DNA of 64,000 nucleotides, taken from Candidatus Bathyarchaeota archaeon (lineage in GTDB: Archaea > Thermoproteota > Bathyarchaeia > TCS64). Of the stretch, positions 26,806 through 36,887 are shown one piece after another; the first letter of the stretch is position 1; every line of letters begins with the position of its first letter. A program made the position numbers and the translations under genes. The stretch covers positions 27,904 through 91,903 of the forward strand of contig CAWGAT010000023.1 in the NCBI GenBank assembly GCA_963820555.1, in the 5' to 3' direction. The notes under the pieces are model-generated. The model ran no database searches and was not told the origin of the DNA. It saw nothing but the letters and a program-made list of their open reading frames with translations.

Positions 26806-28045
26806 GCGCTTTTTCTAAGCGCCACTCTATCTTCTCCGCCCCGTTGAACCGGGCGAAGTCATCCAGTGTCTTCTCGAACTCGTTCTGGTAAACCTCGTCG
26901 GGCTTGAACCCGTCCTCGTACCAGAGGCCCCGCACTATGAGCTTCTTCTCCTTCCGCTCCAGCTTCGGGTCGAGACGACCCACGAGCCTGTCACCGTAGA
27001 GGATGGGCACTGTGAAGTAGCCAAACTTCCGTCTGCTCAGGCTTCAGGTAGACCTCGAGGGCGCGCTCGAATCCGAAGAGAGCTTCGAGCCTGTCGGCTT
27101 GCCAGAGAAGGCTGTCGAAGTAGTTGGCGAGGCGGACGCCACCGTAACCCCAATCCTTCTCCAGCTCCCCGAGGCGCAGTGCGTCCTCAGCGAGGCAGTA
27201 GTAGGGGGTCCTCAGCCCCTCGACGCTTAGCCTGACAGCAACGCCCTCCTCTACGAGCCCGTCGAGGAGAGCCTGAATCTGCTTCGTCGTCAATCCGAGC
27301 TTGACGCACCAAGTGTGATAATAGGATTTGATGTCGGCAGGCTTCGTGGCGCCGAGGAGCCGAGGGTCCGTGTGGCGAAGAACCTGTTCCTCTCCTCCTC
27401 TGTGGGCTCGGAGGCGTCCACCCAGCTGGGGAGCACCCTCTCGGTGAGGTCGTATATCCTCTGGAAGCCATCTCGACGCGTCACCATGAGGTCCCCAGCG
27501 CTGAAGAGTGCCTCGAGGGCACGCTTAGCGGGCTTCCACCCCCACCAGCCACTGCTCGGTTTCTTCCCCTCGAAGTCGGCGCTCCCAAGGGGCCCTTCCC
27601 TCCTGACCCGGTCCAGGACGGAGTCAACGATGTCAGGGTCGACGCGGCTGAACCATCCCGTGTGTATGACTCTACTCTTGGCCCTCTCTCTGTTGGCGGC
27701 TATGAGGTACCTCCAGTGGTCCATCGGCATGTAGCACATGGCGTGGCCCCACCCCTCGAAGACGCGTCTGTCCTCATAGGCGAGGGTGTGCAGGTCATCC
27801 TTCCTATATTGTCCTAAGCGCGTCCAGAGGGTAAAGTAGTGGGCGCGCTCCACGACGTTTATCGTGTCAATCTGGACGCAACCGAGGCGCCCGATGGTCT
27901 CCTCTATCCTCCTCTTCGTCACCCCCTTCGGAGGCTCGCCTATGCCCTGCTTCTCTATCTGAAGCCTGCGGACGGCGTCCACCGACACCTTCAGCGCAGA
28001 GACCATCCCAACACACATCCACAGGCGATTGCTTAAGCCTTCCAT
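26792..28045 (-). CDS. YcaQ/AlkZ-family winged-helix DNA glycosylase (DUF1006), split by two frame breaks
   Basis: ORFs 27290-28045, 26991-27293 and 26792-27010 are collinear pieces. They contain GCVQIDTINVVERAHYFTLWTRLG (QxD catalytic motif of the YcaQ clade) and a C-terminal PILYGDRLVGRLDPK. Confidence 0.7.
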
Positions 28046-28093
28046 TTTTCACGTAGACTTAAACCACTAAGGGTGAATGATAGCTATGGGTGA

Positions 28094-28408
28094 GTGAAAG
28101 TGGTCGCAACCGACCTCGTCGGGGAGATAGAGTTCTGGGCGATAATGCTCTCACTTATAGTCGTCCCACTCCTCTGGATAGTACTAAGAAAGCAGAACTC
28201 GACAGACAGGGAGGGGAGGGAGCCGCCCATACCAGACAAGAGGCTTACTGGGGAGATGGATCCCCGCTCGAATCTCCCCATGTACGGCGGCCCCGGATTA
28301 GACTACACATGGCGGGCCATCGGGAAGGAGTGGGAGCACCCCGATGTCACCTGGTACAAGGAGAAGGTGAAGAAGGAAGCCGAGGAGCAGTCTCAAAAAG
28401 AAGCATGA
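28094..28408 (+). CDS. Hypothetical small membrane protein
   Basis: 104-aa ORF with one TM segment (FWAIMLSLIVVPLLWIVL) and a charged tail. No homology recognised. Confidence 0.35.
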   Translation: MKVVATDLVGEIEFWAIMLSLIVVPLLWIVLRKQNSTDREGREPPIPDKRLTGEMDPRSNLPMYGGPGLDYTWRAIGKEWEHPDVTWYKEKVKKEAEEQSQKEA

Positions 28409-28552
28409 GACACCCGACTGGAAGGACTCGCCCCTCTACAGGATGGGGAGGAATACCTCGCCGTGATGCGCCGGCGAAAGGACCTCGAAGACAGGAGCTG
28501 ACCACCCTGCAACACGCTTAAAGACCCGGGCATAGAATCACGTGGGGGATAA

Positions 28553-29536
28553 GTGATGCCGGAGCAACCCGCCTGGGAGATAAAACGAACAATCTACACA
28601 CGCGCCGAGGAGGAGCACAACCCCAGCCTCGGCCTCCCACCCGAGGAGCGGAACCTCCAGCAGATGCTCAAACGCGGCGTAGTCATCGTCGACAAGGTCC
28701 CCGGTCCCACAAGCCACGAGGTCGTCGCCTGGGTCAAGAAGCTCATGGAGCTCGACCACGTCGGCCACGGCGGCACCCTCGACCCAAAGGTCACCGGCGT
28801 CCTCCCCGTCACCCTCGAGGATTCGACTAAATGCGTGCAGGCCCTCCTCGACTCCGGTAAGGAATACGTCACCATAATGCGCACCCACGAGGACATCGAA
28901 GAGAAGCGCCTCGTGGAGACGCTCAAACAGTTCGAGGGAGAAATCTATCAGAGGCCACCCCTCCGCTCCGCAGTGAGCAGACGCCTACGCACCCGCCACA
29001 TCTACAGGATAGACTACCTGGAAGGCGACGGAAGGAACTGGCTCTTTAAAGTCGCCTGCCAGAGCGGAACATACATCAGGAAGCTGTGCAGCGACGTAGG
29101 CGAGGTCCTCGGCGGCGGCGCCCACATGCACGAGCTCCGAAGGACGAGGAGCGGGCCATTCACGGAGGTCCAGGCTGTCACTCTCTACGACATCGCAGAC
29201 GCGATGGACCAGCACAGGGAAGGGGATGATGCGCCGCTGATGAAGATCCTCCACCCCGTCGAGGAGGCCCTAGCACTCCTTCCACACGTATGGATCAGCG
29301 ACTCAGCAGTCGAGGCACTCTGCACGGGAGCGCAACTCGCAGTCCCTGGCATCCTCCGCCTAGAGTCCGGGATAGAACCCAAGAGCCTTATAGCCGTGAT
29401 GACGCAGCGCAATGAGGCGGTCGCCCTAATGAAGGCGGAGATGAACACCGATACCATCCTCAAGGAGGAGCACGGCATCGCCGCCATACCCGAGCGCGTC
29501 ATAATGATTAGGGGTACCTACCCTAAAACGTGGTAG
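28553..29536 (+). CDS. cbf5: H/ACA RNP pseudouridine synthase Cbf5 (TruB family with PUA domain)
   Basis: Contains VVIVDKVPGPTSHEV, GHGGTLDPKVTGVLPV (catalytic Asp), YIRKLCSDVG and a C-terminal PUA-like segment. 327 aa. Confidence 0.9.
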   Translation: MMPEQPAWEIKRTIYTRAEEEHNPSLGLPPEERNLQQMLKRGVVIVDKVPGPTSHEVVAWVKKLMELDHVGHGGTLDPKVTGVLPVTLEDSTKCVQALLDSGKEYVTIMRTHEDIEEKRLVETLKQFEGEIYQRPPLRSAVSRRLRTRHIYRIDYLEGDGRNWLFKVACQSGTYIRKLCSDVGEVLGGGAHMHELRRTRSGPFTEVQAVTLYDIADAMDQHREGDDAPLMKILHPVEEALALLPHVWISDSAVEALCTGAQLAVPGILRLESGIEPKSLIAVMTQRNEAVALMKAEMNTDTILKEEHGIAAIPERVIMIRGTYPKTW

Positions 29537-30142
29537 GCGTGTCCCAGCACTACTTCTCCGAGAATCCAACCTCCCCCGAGAAGAGAGGCCTCATAAAGAC
29601 GAGGCTCAGGGGTCTCGACTTCGAGTTCGAGACGAGCTCGGGTGTCTTCAGCCACAGGCGCGTGGACTCGGGGACCCGCCTCCTCGTCGAGTCCATGAGG
29701 CTACCCGTGGAGGGCAGGGTTCTCGACCTCGGCTGCGGTTACGGAGTCGTCGGTATAGTCGCAGCGAAACTCAACCCGATCCTCGAGGTCTGGATGACGG
29801 ATGTGAACAGCCGCGCCGTCTCCCTCGCGGAGGCCAACGTGAGACGCAACGGCGTGAAGGCCACCGTGAGGCAGGGCAACCTCTATGAGCCATTTGAGCG
29901 ATCTCAAGTTTGACCTCATAGTCACAAACCCACCTATCTCCGCGGGAATAGACGCCGCCGTTAGGCCCATGATAGTCGGCGCACCCATGCATCTGGTGGA
30001 GGGTGGAGCTCTTCAGCTTGTCGTCCAATCAAATAAGGGCGGGAGAACCCTCTCGGGGATAATCGAGGAGACCTTCGGTAACATCGAGGTCACCGCTAGA
30101 GGCGGGGGATTCAGGGTTTTCACAGCCCTTAAGCGACCCTGA
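29530..30142 (+). CDS. Class I SAM-dependent methyltransferase, RsmC/MJ0882-like (one frame break near 29890)
   Basis: FETSSGVFSHRRVDSGTRLL, VLDLGCGYGVVG (motif I), then in the second ORF FDLIVTNPPI (motif IV). Confidence 0.75.
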
Positions 30143-30191
30143 AAAATAGGAATCGGTGCTAGTATTCTAGAAAAATAGGTTATGGCTCGTC

Positions 30192-31425
30192 TTAGTCCTG
30201 CTGGGAATAGGCTTCCTCGCCGTGCTCCGCGAGGTCGAGCCCTTTCTCCTCGTCCTCCGGTGAGACCCTGAGAGGGGAGAAGATGTTGATGAACTTGAGC
30301 AGCAGGTAGGAGCCGAAGAAGGAGTAGGCGGCGATCACCACGACTGCAAGGATCTGTGAGAAGAGTAGGCCGGGGTTACCGAATAGGTAACCGTTCACTG
30401 CGGTCGGGTTGATGGCGAGTGGTGGCGAAGATGCCAGTGGCGATCGAGCCCCAGATGCCGCTCACGCCGTGGCAGGAGAACACGTCGAGGGTGTCGTCGA
30501 TGCGGGTCCTCGTCGCCCTCCAGCTCGACATCAGGTTGGATATTATGCCTGCAACGAGCCCGATGAACATGGCGGACATGACGTTCACGTATCCCGAGGC
30601 GGGTGTGATGGCCACTAGACCGCAGACTGCGCCGACCGCCATGCCCACCGCCGAGGGCTTACCCTTCGTGATCCAATCCACCGCCATCCAGCTGACGGCC
30701 GCCGTCGCGGCTGCGAGGTTCGTGTTTACCAAGGCGAAGACCATTGTCGAGTCCGCGCCGAGGGCGCTCCCAGCGTTGAAGCCGAACCAGCCGAACCACA
30801 GCAGCGCGGCTCCGAGGATGACGTAGGGGATGTTGCTGGGTTTCAACGTCTCCTTCTTTTCTATGTCTTTCCTCCGTCCGATGACGATTGCCGCGGCGAG
30901 GGCGGAGAGACCCGCGGTGATGTGGACGACTAGGCCCCCTGCGAAGTCTATGGCGCCGAGGGCCTTGAGCCACCCGGCGGAGTTCCAAACCCAGTGCGCC
31001 ACGGGGCTGTAGATGAGAGTCGACCAGAGTATAATGAAGATGAGCAGGGAGCGGAAGTGGATCCTCTCAGCGAACGCCCCGATGATCAGTGCTGGCGTGA
31101 TCGCGGCGAACTTTAGCTGGAATGCGAAGAAGAGTAGTTCGGGAATAAGCGGGGCGTAGGCGAGGTTGGGCGCGGCGCCTATGCCGTTGAGCCCAGCCCA
31201 GGAGAGGTCACCGATTATCCCGTGGATGCTCGGCCCGAAGACGAGGCTGTAACCCCAGAGGGTCCAGACTATGCTGACGACCGCGAAAATGATGAGGCAC
31301 TGAACCAGCGTCGACAGCAGGTTCTTCCTCCTGACTAGCCCCGCGTAGAAGAAGCCTAACGCGGGGGTCATGAGCATTACAAGCGCGGTGGCTACCGCAA
31401 CCCAGGCGATGTCACCCGGATTCAA
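30192..31425 (-). CDS. amt: Ammonium transporter Amt (one frame break near 30385-30400)
   Basis: Collinear and highly similar by eye to the intact paralogue at 60001-61236 (FFYAGLVRRKN, DFAGGLVVHITAG, WFGWFGFNAGS, DDTLDVFSCHGVSGIWG). The last 68 aa are in ORF 30192-30398. Confidence 0.85.
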
Positions 31426-31682
31426 TCAGTCAAACACCTTCACCGAAAGACGAAAAACAACGTATTTGAGGTTTATCCACTTAAATAGCTACAAATGCCT
31501 TTTAAATGTCCAGAATTATGGCATGGGAATTCTACGTTATAAGCGGAAATAACCATATTTTACGTAATTACTCTGAGCTAAAAACGAGGTTTAAAGCTAG
31601 GTTATCTTATTTTATGCGGTAATTCTTAATGAAAATCTTCGAAATAAGGAAATCGGTAGAGATTTGCGGACTATGTTCGGTT

Positions 31683-31952
31683 TTAGATTATGAAATATTT
31701 TGGACAGACCTCGTCTCCGCCGGCCCAGAGGGCGGTCTGGATGTTCTTGACGCCAGGAATGGCGGCTATCTCCCCGCCGAGCCTCATGAGGTGGGAGAAG
31801 TCGTGTATAACCCCGATGGCAAGGAGGTCGTGGTCGCCGACCGTCTTCGTCGCCACGATTATGTTCGGCATCTTGATGAGGGCTCTTAGGATGCTCGTGG
31901 AGTCGGTCTTGGCGCCGCCGCTCGTTGATGCATCTATGTGGAAGGCGGCCAT
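31683..31952 (-). CDS. Lrp/AsnC-family regulator 2 of module 1, C-terminal ligand-binding (RAM) part
   Basis: MAAFHIDASTSGGAKTDSTSILRALIKMPNIIVATKTVGDHDLLAIGVIHDF... aligns residue for residue with 61540-62004. Confidence 0.75.
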   Translation of the reverse strand: MAAFHIDASTSGGAKTDSTSILRALIKMPNIIVATKTVGDHDLLAIGVIHDFSHLMRLGGEIAAIPGVKNIQTALWAGGDEVCPKYFII

Positions 31953-32626
31953 CCCCTCGTAGCCAATCTTACTCGGCTCGACGACGACCGTCGACCCCTG
32001 ATCTCCCCCTCCTCCCTGAGCCTCTCATACCTCTTGATTATAGTGTCAGGACTCTTCCCTAGGTCCTTCGCCATCTGCCTGAAGCTCGTCCTCGCATCAG
32101 CAGTGAGGATCTCGATGATCCTCTCATCCAACTCGTCCATCACGGTGAGACCCCCTTTAAGCCCCTCGAGCTCGAAGTTCTCCGGGCAGAGGAGTATGTC
32201 CTCGGCCCAGATGCTCGTGGTGACCGTCTTCACATCGGGGTGTGCCTTCGTCCTCTCTATGAGGGCGTTAAGCTCGTTCACGTTCCCGAGGGCGACGATG
32301 GCGAAGATGTTCTGCATCCCGACGCTCGGCGTACAGAATATGACCCCCGATTGCCCCCGGAGGTTATCGACGACCTCGTCGACGTGCTTAGGATCGACAC
32401 CAATCTCGAGGCTCGCAGCGCACTCGAGGCCCAGGTGACGGGGGTCAAGGAGAATCGTCGTCCCCTTGACTATACCGGCCCTCCTGAGTCGCTGGAACCG
32501 CTTGATTATCGTGTCGACGCTAACATCGCACTCCACGGCGATGTCCGCGAAGTTCGTTCGGGCGTCACGCTGGAGTCTCCGGATGACCCTGACATCGGTC
32601 TCGTCGAACTTCATATCGCAGCCCAA
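31934..32626 (-). CDS. Lrp/AsnC-family regulator 1 of module 1, read through into the HTH of regulator 2
   Basis: An HTH (RVIRRLQRDARTNFADIAVECDVSVDTIIKRFQRL) plus a RAM domain, followed in the same frame by a second HTH (IIEILTADARTSFRQMAKDLGKSPDTIIKRYERL). Removing one C from the C5 run at 32151-32155 would restore the TGATG stop/start overlap seen at 62004. Confidence 0.75.
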   Translation of the reverse strand: MGCDMKFDETDVRVIRRLQRDARTNFADIAVECDVSVDTIIKRFQRLRRAGIVKGTTILLDPRHLGLECAASLEIGVDPKHVDEVVDNLRGQSGVIFCTPSVGMQNIFAIVALGNVNELNALIERTKAHPDVKTVTTSIWAEDILLCPENFELEGLKGGLTVMDELDERIIEILTADARTSFRQMAKDLGKSPDTIIKRYERLREEGEIRGRRSSSSRVRLATRGWPPST

Positions 32627-32663
32627 TTGAGAAATGGGCGACCGAGCCTAAAAATTGTGCCCT

Positions 32664-32942
32664 TTAACCGGACACTTCTGGGTTCTCCCGGTAGAAAATG
32701 GCGACGTTGCCGATGACGTCGATTAGAGTGGCGCTAGTAGCACCTGCTATCTCCGAGGAGAGCTCACGACGCGTCTCCTTGAATCCGATGAACTTGACCT
32801 TGATGAGCTCGTGGTCAGTTAGGGCTTTGTCTATATGGGCAAGTGCCTCGGGGGTGACGCCGAACTTCCCTATATGAGCGACGGGGTCGAGATCATGGGC
32901 CTGGGCCTTGAGCTCGGCGCGCCTCTTCGAGGTGAAATCCAT
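32664..32942 (-). CDS. YhbY/CRM-domain RNA-binding protein
   Basis: 92 aa. LKAQAHDLDPVAHIGKFGVTPEALAHIDKALTDHELIKVKF is the CRS1/YhbY signature. Confidence 0.8.
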   Translation of the reverse strand: MDFTSKRRAELKAQAHDLDPVAHIGKFGVTPEALAHIDKALTDHELIKVKFIGFKETRRELSSEIAGATSATLIDVIGNVAIFYRENPEVSG

Positions 32943-33036
32943 GTTTCACCAGTCACTAGGGACACGGGTGGGGTATTTGGGTTTAGCCCTCTTCGGTTAA
33001 GCCTTTATAGAGTCGGGGCGTGGTATTGGGTGCTGG

Positions 33037-33112
33037 AGCCCGGTCGTCTAGTGGACAAGGATGGAGGGCTTTGGACCCTTAGACCGGAGTTCGAATCTCC
33101 GCCGGGCTACCA
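33037..33112 (+). tRNA. tRNA-Gln (anticodon UUG) with encoded CCA
   Basis: Hand-folded cloverleaf: acceptor AGCCCGG/CCGGGCU, anticodon stem GAGGG/CCCUU with loop CUUUGGA, and T-arm CGGAG-UUCGAAU-CUCCG. Discriminator A plus CCA at 33109-33112. Confidence 0.85.
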
Positions 33113-33258
33113 CTACTATACCTGAGTCTACCCCAGATGCACTGATTACGAAGTACCTGTTCCACCTGAGAGACAAGGGATCAAGACATTCAACCATCGA
33201 GGGCATCACGTGCGTTTGTATCTTTTTCAAAAATAAGGGATCATTTTTTAAGACCTAA
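33113..33258 (+). pseudogene. Tyrosine-recombinase (integrase) core-binding-domain-like remnant abutting the tRNA
   Basis: ORF 33061-33258 reads out of the 3' half of the tRNA into PDALITKYLFHLRDKGSRHSTIEGITCV. This resembles the N-terminal SAM-like domain of integrases (fl.yL...g.s..Ti..y). It stops after about 48 codons. Confidence 0.3.
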
Positions 33259-33326
33259 TAAAATACGAAGAAACAACGCGTGAAAAGCCGAGTTTATACG
33301 AATGCTTTAATTTAATCTGAGTGCGC

Positions 33327-34517
33327 TCACGGGTTAACACTCATCTCTATGCTCTCACCCCAGACAAGGGGAACGAAGCGCATCCCCGTATCCTGAGGCA
33401 CCGTATGGCTAAGCCACAGATCACCATCCCTCTCCTGCTCGAGGACGTTACGGAACATCGCGTAGTCAAGTATCCCCCTGCCGTGGCCGAGTTCATGGAT
33501 ATGAAGCGGGAACATGACGCGGCTCTGCGGAACCAGCTTATAGTAGTCCTCGGCGAGCATCCCATCAACGTAGTGAACGATGTAGAGGTCCACCCGCTTA
33601 CCCGAGAGATCCGATTTGGCACTGGATAAGAAGCCGTCCCCCGTGTGGAGGATGCCAAAGCCCGAGGCCTCGACGTAGAACCAGTCCGTCGGCGTCGCCG
33701 AGAAGGCATCCTCCGTGCCATTCGGGTAGTTGTGCTCCGCGGGGTACGCCGTGATCCTGACACCCTTCACCTCAATTGTCCCCCCCGGCTCCACACCGAC
33801 CAGCGCCTGGGCGGCCAAGGCTGAACCGGCGATGACCTTGACCATACTCTCACCATTAGGATCCCTCACTAGGTTATTCTGATTCGAGTAGTCGACCCTC
33901 ACCCTCTCGTCAGCTACCACAATCTTAGCCCCGGCCCTCTCCGCCGCGGCTGCGACCTTCGCGTCGAGGTGGTCCCCGTGGGGGTGGGTCGCGATGAGTA
34001 CGTCGAGGAGGCCGCCGACGTCGGCGATAGAGGGGGCCACATATGTGCCCGCTACGTCTATGCCTATGGTGGCGTTCACCGTCTTGATGACGACCCCCAT
34101 GTTGTATATGTACCAGACCCTCATGCTCCCCTCCGGGACGCTGGCTGAGCGGATCTCCTCTATGGCGCGCCTCGTCCTAACTTCGAGCAGATTCGCCACC
34201 GCGCCCTGATTGAGGATGACTGGAAAATTCTTGGAGATGAAGTCGTCGAAGCTTAGGAGCAGGCTTCTGCGGCTCTCCGGATTGCTCCCCGGTGGGGTCT
34301 TCACTATCTGTTCATCAATTGCGTCTGCTGTGCTATTGAGCGGCTGCCCGAGTGGGAACGGTGTCTTCAGCCAGATGAAGACGCTGATTACAGAGATTAT
34401 AGCAACTGAAATTAGGATCAGCTGATTTCGGTTCAAACCTACGAAAGTGGTATTTTGAATTGTTCCATTTTTCTGGTGCGCCTCACGAAACTGCCTATAC
34501 GTTTCAAGGCCAATCAA
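33327..34517 (-). CDS. Membrane-anchored MBL-fold metallo-hydrolase
   Basis: N-terminal TM segment and an HxHxDH motif as ATHPHGDHLD. 396 aa. Confidence 0.75.
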   Translation of the reverse strand: MIGLETYRQFREAHQKNGTIQNTTFVGLNRNQLILISVAIISVISVFIWLKTPFPLGQPLNSTADAIDEQIVKTPPGSNPESRRSLLLSFDDFISKNFPVILNQGAVANLLEVRTRRAIEEIRSASVPEGSMRVWYIYNMGVVIKTVNATIGIDVAGTYVAPSIADVGGLLDVLIATHPHGDHLDAKVAAAAERAGAKIVVADERVRVDYSNQNNLVRDPNGESMVKVIAGSALAAQALVGVEPGGTIEVKGVRITAYPAEHNYPNGTEDAFSATPTDWFYVEASGFGILHTGDGFLSSAKSDLSGKRVDLYIVHYVDGMLAEDYYKLVPQSRVMFPLHIHELGHGRGILDYAMFRNVLEQERDGDLWLSHTVPQDTGMRFVPLVWGESIEMSVNP

Positions 34518-34934
34518 TTTCTGAGGGCCACCCTCGTGCCTTCACTGTCGTGGTGACTGGACTTTAAACCAACTATTGCAGAGTTCTTCTGGCGAATAAA
34601 CATCAAAATTTCAGGCCCCGGATAAAGTAACTTACATGCACGTTAGTTAATTTTTAACATAAGAATTGAATAAAAGGAATATGGATCCAATATTCATTTA
34701 TGTTTGTTTTAAGAGCTGGAAGAGGGTTCATAACTTAGTTTACCTATCCAGCAATGACACACGCGAGAATTAACTCTATGATGATATATGTTCAAAGATT
34801 GACGTCTCTGATATTCAGAATGGGGAGACTCAGTTAGCCTATCGGCTTCAAGCGCGGCGCAATTATCATAGCTGATAGCCGAAAACTTATCCCTTCGTGC
34901 CGACCAATTCATCCTCTAACTAGGCTGGTTTCTC

Positions 34935-36887
34935 ATGTCCTTCAAAGGAGTCGTCGAGTGGCCGTACGAAGTGAAGTACGGTACAGTGAACCACATCAAT
35001 ACAGACGTTCTAGTGATTGGCGGAGGCGTCGCTGGTCCTTGGGCCGCCATAGAGGCGGCGAGGAGGGGCGCCCGCGTCACCCTCATCGAGGAAGCCGACA
35101 ACATCTCCTCCGGCCCCTCCGGGTGCGACCACTGGGGCCCCGCCTTGGACAATCCCTGTGCCAAGATCAATCCAGACGAGTACCTAGAGATCGTGGAACC
35201 CGGGTACAGGGGATACATAAACGGCATCGTGGAGTACCTCAACTGCAACGATGGCTACAGAGCCCTCCTCGAGCTCGAGAAGATGGGGGGCAAGATAAGG
35301 GATGACGCCGACGAGTTCAAGGGCGCCCCCTTCAGGGACGAGGCGACGAAGCTGCTCTTCGCCTACGACTACGAGAACAGGCACACCCTCAGGGTCTGGG
35401 GGCAGACCTTCAAGCTCTCCTTATACGGGGAAATGCTCCGAAGCGACGTCGAACTATACAACAGGGTCTACTCGACCGGTCTACTCACAGAGGGAGGCAA
35501 GCAGGGTGCCAGGGTCATCGGTGCCACCGGCTGCAATACCCGCACTGGTGAGTACTACGTCTTCAAAGCCAAAGCCACAGTGCTCTGCACTGGCAGGGCC
35601 AGCGACAGGCCGTGGCTCTACTACGGCTACAGGAACACCGGGCTCAGGGCGCCGAACCTCGTGGGGAGCGGCCTCGCCATGGCCTGGAGGGCGGGGGCGG
35701 AGCTCACCCAGCTAGAGGGCAAGAGGATGACGGGCATATCCCGCCACCCCGCCTACGGAACGGGCAACCCCCGAAACACTTGGTACCCATGCACCATCGT
35801 CGACGCCAACGGCAAAGAGATACCCTACGTCAGCCTCGACGGCAAGACCCTCACCTCATTTGATCAGCGCGTCAAGCCCTCGACACAGGGCAAGAGGATC
35901 ATCATGCCGGGACTCCCCATGGCCATGACGGGCAAGGCCCTCGATAGCGACATGCCCGTCTGCCTATCCGACAGACCCGAATTCGAGGAGTTGGTAAAGA
36001 AGGGGGAGTACAAGCTGCCCCTCTACGCCGACCTGACCGCTATGTCCGAGCACGAGAGGAGGGCTATATTCGGCCTTATGGTCGCCGAGGAGGGGAAGAC
36101 GTGGATTGTCTACCGCAACCTCACCCAGGCGGGTTTCGACCCCGACAAGGACCTCCTCCAGTACTACGGAGACTGGTTCAGCGGCGGCCCCTCACTCGAC
36201 GCCACATCTAAGCGCGGCTGGACGATGTCAACCGGCAGCGGCTTGATAGTTGACTGGGACCTCAAGACAACACTCGACGGTCTCTATGCCGCGGGGGACG
36301 TGGTATTCGGGAGCAACTTCCACTCGGCCGCCGCGACTGGCGGCAGGTGGGCCGGCATAAAAGCCGCAGACTACGCTAAGAACGCCCCGAGCACCGAGGT
36401 CTACGAACCCCAAATAGAGGAAGGAATGAACAGAACATACGCCCCTACGAAGAGGACGGAGGGCATCGACTGGAAGGACCTCAACTCGGGCATCAGCAGC
36501 GTGTTGAGGACGTACTTCGGCGACTATGTGAACGAGGAGCTTCTGAAGATCGGGCAGACATGGCTTATAGAACTGGAGGGGAGGGAAGCCAAGGAGTTAG
36601 TCGCCTCGAACCCACACGAGCTAATGAGGGGGTTAGAGACGCTGGACCTTCTTACGGTATCCCAGATAATCGTCGAATCGGCCTTGGTTAGGAAGGCAAG
36701 CTCTAGGACGCTTAACCTCCGCAGGCTCGACTACCCGCAGGATGACCCAGTCGAGTGGAACAAGTTCGTGACACTTAAGCAGGCGGACGGGAAAGTTGTG
36801 GCTGGGGAGAAGCCCTTCCGCTACTGGCTCTTGCCCCCGTACGCCCCCACGTATAGGGAAAACTACGAGGAGCACAAGCCCTGGTGA
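34935..36887 (+). CDS. FAD-dependent oxidoreductase, AprA/fumarate-reductase-like flavoprotein
   Basis: 650 aa with an N-terminal dinucleotide fold DVLVIGGGVAGPWAAIEAARRGARVTLIEE and a distal GLYAAGDV FAD motif. Its size, and translational coupling (ATGA overlap) to an AprB-like ferredoxin, are as in APS reductases. Confidence 0.65.
   Translation: MSFKGVVEWPYEVKYGTVNHINTDVLVIGGGVAGPWAAIEAARRGARVTLIEEADNISSGPSGCDHWGPALDNPCAKINPDEYLEIVEPGYRGYINGIVEYLNCNDGYRALLELEKMGGKIRDDADEFKGAPFRDEATKLLFAYDYENRHTLRVWGQTFKLSLYGEMLRSDVELYNRVYSTGLLTEGGKQGARVIGATGCNTRTGEYYVFKAKATVLCTGRASDRPWLYYGYRNTGLRAPNLVGSGLAMAWRAGAELTQLEGKRMTGISRHPAYGTGNPRNTWYPCTIVDANGKEIPYVSLDGKTLTSFDQRVKPSTQGKRIIMPGLPMAMTGKALDSDMPVCLSDRPEFEELVKKGEYKLPLYADLTAMSEHERRAIFGLMVAEEGKTWIVYRNLTQAGFDPDKDLLQYYGDWFSGGPSLDATSKRGWTMSTGSGLIVDWDLKTTLDGLYAAGDVVFGSNFHSAAATGGRWAGIKAADYAKNAPSTEVYEPQIEEGMNRTYAPTKRTEGIDWKDLNSGISSVLRTYFGDYVNEELLKIGQTWLIELEGREAKELVASNPHELMRGLETLDLLTVSQIIVESALVRKASSRTLNLRRLDYPQDDPVEWNKFVTLKQADGKVVAGEKPFRYWLLPPYAPTYRENYEEHKPW

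Noticed and set aside
31629-31962. Plus-strand ORFs 31629-31889 and 31690-31962
   Set aside because: They are antisense to the C-terminal half of the second Lrp/AsnC gene, whose minus-strand translation aligns perfectly with the intact paralogue at 61540-62004.
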